The notes under the pieces: model-generated
The model's database searches: none
Told to the model about the DNA's origin: nothing
The model's input: only the letters and a program-made list of their open reading frames with translations
Shown here: positions 8,120-12,228 of the stretch, piece by piece
Layout: every line of letters starts with the position of its first letter
Position numbering within the stretch: position 1 is the first letter of the stretch
Translations under genes and position numbers: made by a program
Assembly: GCA_031276945.1 (NCBI GenBank)
Contig: JAISMB010000143.1
Span: 1-12,228 of the forward strand
Direction: 5' to 3'
DNA length: 12,228 nucleotides
DNA from: Spirochaetaceae bacterium
Lineage (GTDB): Bacteria > Spirochaetota > Spirochaetia > Treponematales > Breznakiellaceae

Positions 8120-10486
8120 CTATCTTTTCCATGAGCCATTCTGCTGCATCTTATAGGTTCCGGATTTTTTACCGTTCGAGTTATACAGCTCAGTCAGATT
8201 ATTGTTAAAGGCAAAAGCGCCCATACTTATATTCTGAGCCGCAAGGTTTACGGTGACGAGCGGGTTACGGTAAAAAGCCCCGGCGCTAATGGTAAGAACA
8301 CTGCGCGGTATGCTGATACTCGTCAGCTTGTTACCAGAAAAAGCATATTCACCAATGGTAGTAATGCTGGGCGGAAGGGTCAGGCTTGTTAAGCTGTTAT
8401 CATAAAACGCATAATTGCCAATGGTAAGAACGCCGTGCGGCAGACTGAGTGTTTTGAGCTGATTGCTGTAAAAGGCATAATCGCCAATTTCACTGACGCT
8501 CTTAGAAAGAGTAAGTGTTGCGATCCTATTCATGGAAAAAGCTTCAGCGCCGATTTTCGTTACCTGATGCGGAATAGTTACCGCGGTCAGTTGATTATCA
8601 TAAAATGCGCAGTCGGCTATGCTTGTCAAACTTTCAGAAAGAACAACCGTGCTTAATTGATTAGAACGAAAGGCGTATGCTCCAAGAGTAGTAACGCTCT
8701 GGGGAATAACGACCATGAACAACCTATTATGAGAAAATGCATCTGCGCCTATGACGGTCAGACCATCAGGCAGCTCAAGCTTGGTTAATCTATTGCCGGA
8801 AAATGCCCCGCTGCCTATAGTCGTAACGTTGTCGGGAATATTAACCATGGTTAAGAGGTTATTATAAAAAGCATAATCGCTAATGGACTCGAGGCTGTTC
8901 GGCAAGCTCAAGCCGGTTAATCTGTTGCCGGAAAAAGCTCCGCTGCCTATAAACTTGAGACTGTGCGGAAGGCTTATGCTGCTTAACAGGTTATCGGCAA
9001 ACGCACGCTCGCCGATAGTGGTAACGCCGCTCGGAATACTGATCGTACTTAACTGATTGCCGGAAAAAGCTCCCGCACCAATGGTCGTAACGCTGCGGGG
9101 AATGGTCAGACCAGTGAGTTTATTTCCGGCAAAAGCATAGTCGCCAATACTTTGCACAGTGTGCGGAATACTCACGGCAATAAGTTGATTATTGGCAAAC
9201 GCATAACTGCCAATACTTTCTACCGTATCAGGAATAACCAGCGCCAAAAGATTATTCAGCCGGAATGCGCCGTTTCCTATCATGTTCAGCGTCTGGGGCA
9301 GATCAATATCCGTCAAATTATTTTCAGCAAACGCATCATCATCAAGGGACTCAAGTCCGGAAAAAAGCTGCACTGCGCTTAATTGATTGTAGGCAAACGC
9401 CTGTTTTCCAATATGCTTAACGCTCGGCGGAATAGTAACGGCGCTCAGATTATTGGCATAGAAGGCGTGGTCTTCTATAGACACGAGCGTTTCAGGCAGA
9501 GTTATGAGTGCAAGCTCGTTGTCATAGAATGCTTCTTTGGCAATAGTGGTAACCGGCAGCGCTTCAATATACGAAGGTATTTTCAGGGACTGCACGAAAT
9601 GCGTAAAGCCGGTAATGCTGACGGTACTGCCGCGCACTTCCCAGCGCAATCCCTCAGGCACAGGCTCAAAAACTGGCACGCCGCTGAGGGTAAACGATAA
9701 GCCTGACATGTTTTCCCATGCGTCCGCAAAAGTTTGGTAATACACAGTCCCGCTTTTATGCTGCCTGCTCTGCGCAAGATTCATAAGCCGTGTATCAAGC
9801 ATAGTCTTTTCCCCAAGCTTCCAAGCGCCTGAAAGCAAGACAAAACCGGTCTGTCCCTGCTCTTCCAAGACCTGTTCAAGGCTCTTGCGGCTGAAGACGC
9901 TAAAGGCGCAGGTATTTGCCAAATCGATAGCCAGCAGGTGCAGTAAGGTTTCTACCTCATGCCGGTTCAAGGTTTCAGAAACGAATTGCGCCGGTATGAG
10001 CGAGAGGGGCGCGGGCGTGCGCGCTGCGGCAGCGGCGCTCACCAGCGCGATTTGCTCCGCCAGAGCGGGCAGGGCTTGCTGCACGTCTTGCGCTCTTGTA
10101 TACGCACAGTAGGCGCCGGCGATTTGCTGCGCCTGTGCGGGCTTGGTCAGCGAGAGAATGAGTAAGCGCTGCCCTGAAAAGGCTGCGGTTGTGCCTGTAA
10201 GGACGTAGTCGGCTTGCAAGTCCCGACTCAGCTTGTCAAGGACAGTCGGAGAATATCCGTGAGGAGTCGGCGTTACGGCGAGCGCCTGCGTCAGCGCCTC
10301 ATGCGGCACGGGCGCAAACACGCGGTTGAGCGCCGGCTCAGTTGCGAGCAGGTCTGCCCCGTTTGGAGCGGCTTCATCAGCAGCGCCCACAAACGGCAGG
10401 ATGAGAAGACGGGGTTTTTCTTGTGCAAAAACCGGTAGTGCGAGGCAGAGCAAGCAGTACAGCATGCAGCGGGTTACGGCTTTCAT
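8120..10486 (-). CDS. Secreted BspA-type leucine-rich-repeat protein, with an N-terminal TolB-N-like/LPF domain and about 20 23-residue LRRs.
   Basis: 788-aa ORF with an ATG at 10484-10486 preceded by AAGGAG. The signal peptide is MKAVTRCMLYCLLCLALPVFA|QE. The N-terminal 300 aa contain KPRLLILPF...LQADYVLTGT, the LPF...DYVLTG signature of TolB-N-like periplasmic modules. About 20 tandem units of the pattern AFxxNxLTx(V/I)xIPxSVxxIGxxAF follow. This is the BspA/TpLRR-type LRR, with N at the position where those families often have C. Confidence 0.85.
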   Translation of the reverse strand: MKAVTRCMLYCLLCLALPVFAQEKPRLLILPFVGAADEAAPNGADLLATEPALNRVFAPVPHEALTQALAVTPTPHGYSPTVLDKLSRDLQADYVLTGTTAAFSGQRLLILSLTKPAQAQQIAGAYCAYTRAQDVQQALPALAEQIALVSAAAAARTPAPLSLIPAQFVSETLNRHEVETLLHLLAIDLANTCAFSVFSRKSLEQVLEEQGQTGFVLLSGAWKLGEKTMLDTRLMNLAQSRQHKSGTVYYQTFADAWENMSGLSFTLSGVPVFEPVPEGLRWEVRGSTVSITGFTHFVQSLKIPSYIEALPVTTIAKEAFYDNELALITLPETLVSIEDHAFYANNLSAVTIPPSVKHIGKQAFAYNQLSAVQLFSGLESLDDDAFAENNLTDIDLPQTLNMIGNGAFRLNNLLALVIPDTVESIGSYAFANNQLIAVSIPHTVQSIGDYAFAGNKLTGLTIPRSVTTIGAGAFSGNQLSTISIPSGVTTIGERAFADNLLSSISLPHSLKFIGSGAFSGNRLTGLSLPNSLESISDYAFYNNLLTMVNIPDNVTTIGSGAFSGNRLTKLELPDGLTVIGADAFSHNRLFMVVIPQSVTTLGAYAFRSNQLSTVVLSESLTSIADCAFYDNQLTAVTIPHQVTKIGAEAFSMNRIATLTLSKSVSEIGDYAFYSNQLKTLSLPHGVLTIGNYAFYDNSLTSLTLPPSITTIGEYAFSGNKLTSISIPRSVLTISAGAFYRNPLVTVNLAAQNISMGAFAFNNNLTELYNSNGKKSGTYKMQQNGSWKR

Positions 10487-10507
10487 ACGGTGAACTCCTT
10501 TTTAAGC

Positions 10508-10536
10508 AGTATATCCTAAAGCATTGAACGGTAAAA
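10508..10536 (-). promoter_or_regulatory. Putative sigma-70-like promoter of the LRR gene (-35 TTTTAC, 17-nt spacer, -10 TATACT).
   Basis: The minus strand reads ccTTTTACcgttcaatgctttaggaTATACTgcttaaaaAGGAGttcaccgtATG. The -10 lies at 10508-10513 and the -35 at 10531-10536. It sits 14 bp downstream of the large repeat array. The leader would be very short. Confidence 0.25.
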
Positions 10537-10549
10537 GGGAAGGCTGGGG

Positions 10550-10835
10550 TAAGTCAGACCTCGGCTTCAGATAAGTCAGACCTCGCCCTCCGGTAAGTCA
10601 GACCTCGTCCCCAGATAAGTCAGACCTCGCCCTCCGGTAAGTCAGACCTCGCCCTCCGGTAAGTCAGACCTCGCCCTCCGGTAAGTCAGACCTCGCCCTC
10701 CGGTAAGTCAGACCTCGCCCTCCGATAAGTCAGACCTCGGCTTCAGATAGGTCAGACCTCGCCCTCCGGTAAGTCAGACCTCGCCCTCCGGTAAGTCAGA
10801 CCTCGCCCTCCGGTAAGTCAGACCTCGGCTCTGCA
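10550..10835. repeat. Tandem array of about 13 copies of the 22-bp unit TAAGTCAGACCTCGCCCTCCGG, with three variant units ending ...CGGCTTCAGA or ...CGTCCCCAGA.
   Basis: Strict 22-bp periodicity is read directly. Units 4-7 and 10-12 are identical, while units 1, 3 and 9 carry variant 3' halves. Each unit contains the interrupted palindrome GTCAGAC (GTCNGAC). Confidence 0.95.
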
Positions 10836-10840
10836 TATCA

Positions 10841-10928
10841 GAAAGATGCGGGAGTCCCGACCGAGAGATGCGGGAGTCTCGGCTGAGAGATGCGGGAGTC
10901 TCGACCGAGAGATGCGGCAGTCTCAGGC
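10841..10928. repeat. Second tandem array: four copies of the 22-bp unit GAGAGATGCGGGAGTCTCGRCC.
   Basis: The sequence reads GAAAGATGCGGGAGTCCCGACC / GAGAGATGCGGGAGTCTCGGCT / GAGAGATGCGGGAGTCTCGACC / GAGAGATGCGGCAGTCTCAGGC. The core contains the interrupted palindrome GAGTCTC. The array ends 14 bp from the SPFH gene stop. Confidence 0.9.
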
Positions 10929-10941
10929 GCACGGTCAAGCC

Positions 10942-11994
10942 TTATTCTTTCTTGTGCAGTTCCGCCAGAGCTTGCAGCCCAAAGATAGAACCGTCTTTGA
11001 GTTCTTCGGTGATTTCATTCGGCACGAGCATCATGGAATTGCCCGCCTTTAAGCCTTCGTTCAGAATGGAGAGCGTTTTTAATTTCAGCGCATTCATATC
11101 GTGCGCATACACCGCAGCAGCATCCGCCAGCCGATTGGCAATATCAATCTCAGCCTCGGCAAGCAGGATACGGCTCTTCTTTTCCCGTTCAGCCTGCGCA
11201 AGACGCGCAAGAGAATCCTGCAATCCCTCAGGAATCTGAATGTCGGTAATTTCAATATGCTGGATGGTAATGCCCCATTCGGTTGTCTTCTCGTCAACCG
11301 TGGCTTGCAGTTTCCGTTCAATAACCCGACTGTCGCGCAAAAACGTGGTCAGGTCAGTGCTGGAAACCGCATTGCGCAGCGCGGTCTTCGATGATAAAAT
11401 CACCGCCTGCTCATAGTTTTCAACTTCCAAAGCGGCTTTCTCCGCATCCCAGACAAGCCAAAAACAGAGCGCGTCAACCTGCATCGTAACCGAATCAAGA
11501 CTCAGCGTTTCCTGTGTGGAAAAATCAGAGACCCGTATGCGCATATCAATCCGCTGGGCAATACGATCCAGCAGCGGGATCAGGAAGAAAACCCCCGGAC
11601 CACGCACCCGATAGAAACGACCGAGCCGCAGCACCACCGCCCGCTCCCATTCATCACATTTTTGCAGCACCGGCGCCACAAAAACCACGATACCGGCACA
11701 GAGGGCGCTCAACGTATAATACGGAAAGCCCAAAACCGCGCCGGTAATAACGGCAAGAAAAAAAATCTTAACCGCATCCACCCACCGCGGGAAGAGCAGC
11801 ATACCGATAAGCGCGCTCACCGGAATACCGGCAAGCACGCCCCATTCTCCGAGCGTCGGCGTATCGCCGCGGCTTATGCGCAGCGCCAGCACGACCATAA
11901 GACTGAGCGCAACCATGCCGATACCGGTTGTATTTAATACCCAGTCCGACCTTTTGCTAGCCCGCGGCTTATTTTTTATCAGCATATCCTTCAT
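10942..11994 (-). CDS. SPFH/band-7 (stomatin/HflKC-like) membrane protein with a three-TM N-terminal extension.
   Basis: 350-aa ORF with an ATG at 11992-11994 preceded by GAGGAGG. There are three hydrophobic helices in the first 120 aa. An SPFH core follows (RAVVLRLGRFYRVRGPGVFFLIPLLDRI...VTMQVDALCFWLVWDAEKAALEV). The C-terminal coiled-coil, rich in Ala and Glu (LARLAQAEREKKSRILLAEAEIDIANRLADAA), is typical of the family. Confidence 0.8.
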   Translation of the reverse strand: MKDMLIKNKPRASKRSDWVLNTTGIGMVALSLMVVLALRISRGDTPTLGEWGVLAGIPVSALIGMLLFPRWVDAVKIFFLAVITGAVLGFPYYTLSALCAGIVVFVAPVLQKCDEWERAVVLRLGRFYRVRGPGVFFLIPLLDRIAQRIDMRIRVSDFSTQETLSLDSVTMQVDALCFWLVWDAEKAALEVENYEQAVILSSKTALRNAVSSTDLTTFLRDSRVIERKLQATVDEKTTEWGITIQHIEITDIQIPEGLQDSLARLAQAEREKKSRILLAEAEIDIANRLADAAAVYAHDMNALKLKTLSILNEGLKAGNSMMLVPNEITEELKDGSIFGLQALAELHKKE

Positions 11995-12228
11995 AAATCC
12001 TCCTCATTGCAGCGGATAATCATGCAGCGGCTCAAAGACTTTCGCGCGTTTCACGCCCCTTTCTCCGAGCGTCGGCGTCCCGCCGCGGCTGATACGCAGC
12101 GCCAGCACGACCATAAGACTGAGCGCAACCATGCCGCTGCCGCTTGTATTTAATACCCAGTCCGACCTTTTGCTAGCCCGCGGCTTATTTTTTATCAGCA
12201 TATCCTTCATAAATCCTCCTCATTGCAG
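11845..12228. repeat. Direct tandem duplication with a 216-bp period that spans the SPFH gene's RBS, start codon and first 50 codons. Copy 1 is 11845-12012, a 48-bp spacer follows, and copy 2 is 12061-12228 at the window edge.
   Basis: The 168-bp blocks are about 93% identical. Both end with the same 72 nt: CCAGTCCGACCTTTTGCTAGCCCGCGGCTTATTTTTTATCAGCATATCCTTCATAAATCCTCCTCATTGCAG. The upstream copy yields ORF 12004-12210. Confidence 0.9.
12004..12210 (-). pseudogene. Truncated duplicate of the SPFH-protein N-terminus (68 aa). It is in frame with the downstream full-length gene and separated from it by TGA plus three codons.
   Basis: MKDMLIKNKPRASKRSDWVLNTSGSGMVALSLMVVLALRISRGGTPTLGERGV... compares with the full gene's MKDMLIKNKPRASKRSDWVLNTTGIGMVALSLMVVLALRISRGDTPTLGEWGV.... 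It has its own GAGGAGG RBS copy. The stop is TGA at 12004-12006, followed by GGA GGA TTT ATG. Confidence 0.6.

Noticed and set aside
7897-8139. 80-aa minus-strand ORF between the LRR gene and atpA.
   Set aside because: It overlaps the atpA start and the LRR terminator hairpin, has no RBS and no recognisable similarity, and is not an ATP synthase delta or b subunit. It is likely non-coding promoter/terminator DNA.
8435-10438. Multiple 60-105-aa plus-strand ORFs inside the LRR gene.
   Set aside because: They are antisense to a continuous 788-aa ORF with 20 clear LRR units. The 69-bp DNA periodicity generates long stop-free antisense frames.
10550-10928. Possible CRISPR array, because of the regular 22-bp repeats.
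   Set aside because: The units are contiguous with no intervening unique spacers, and 22 bp is shorter than typical CRISPR repeats. The same family occurs at three loci without cas genes. These are plain tandem direct repeats.
10846-11394. Plus-strand ORFs 10846-11052, 10868-11239 and 11101-11394, and minus-strand ORF 11094-11321.
   Set aside because: They overlap the repeat array and the SPFH CDS in other frames, and the repeat-encoded periodic peptides (MRESRPRDAGVS...) are not plausible proteins.

Overview
This 12.2-kb window carries every substantial gene on the minus strand and is densely interrupted by repeats and dead insertion sequences. The features, in order, are: (1) a 21-bp tandem repeat (TTAAGTCAGACCTCGCCCCCC) at the window start that supplies the stop codon of (2) a 733-aa methyl-accepting chemotaxis protein (Cache-like sensor, HAMP, MCP signalling domain). 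(3) A 2.4-kb IS graveyard made of two inverted, mutually diverged, inactivated IS5-family copies flanking a frameshifted IS1-family element. (4) Degenerate relics of the 21/22-bp repeat. (5) F1-ATPase gamma (atpG) and alpha (atpA) as an isolated pair with no delta, b, beta or epsilon genes adjacent. (6) A 788-aa secreted BspA-type leucine-rich-repeat protein with an N-terminal TolB-N-like LPF...DYVLTG module, followed by its own rho-independent terminator. (7) Directly upstream of that gene's putative promoter, a 13-unit array of the 22-bp TAAGTCAGACCTCGCCCTCCGG repeat and then a 4-unit array of a second 22-bp repeat (GAGAGATGCGGGAGTCTCGRCC). (8) An SPFH/band-7 (stomatin-like) membrane protein whose 5' end, including RBS and start codon, is tandemly duplicated with a 216-bp in-frame period running to the window edge. 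Gene content (BspA-type LRR, Cache-MCP) and roughly 50% GC are compatible with a spirochete-like host, but that is inference only. The most interesting items are the dispersed palindromic-core (GTCNGAC) tandem repeat family concentrated in front of the LRR surface-protein promoter, the orphan atpA-atpG pair, and the in-frame duplicated gene start.
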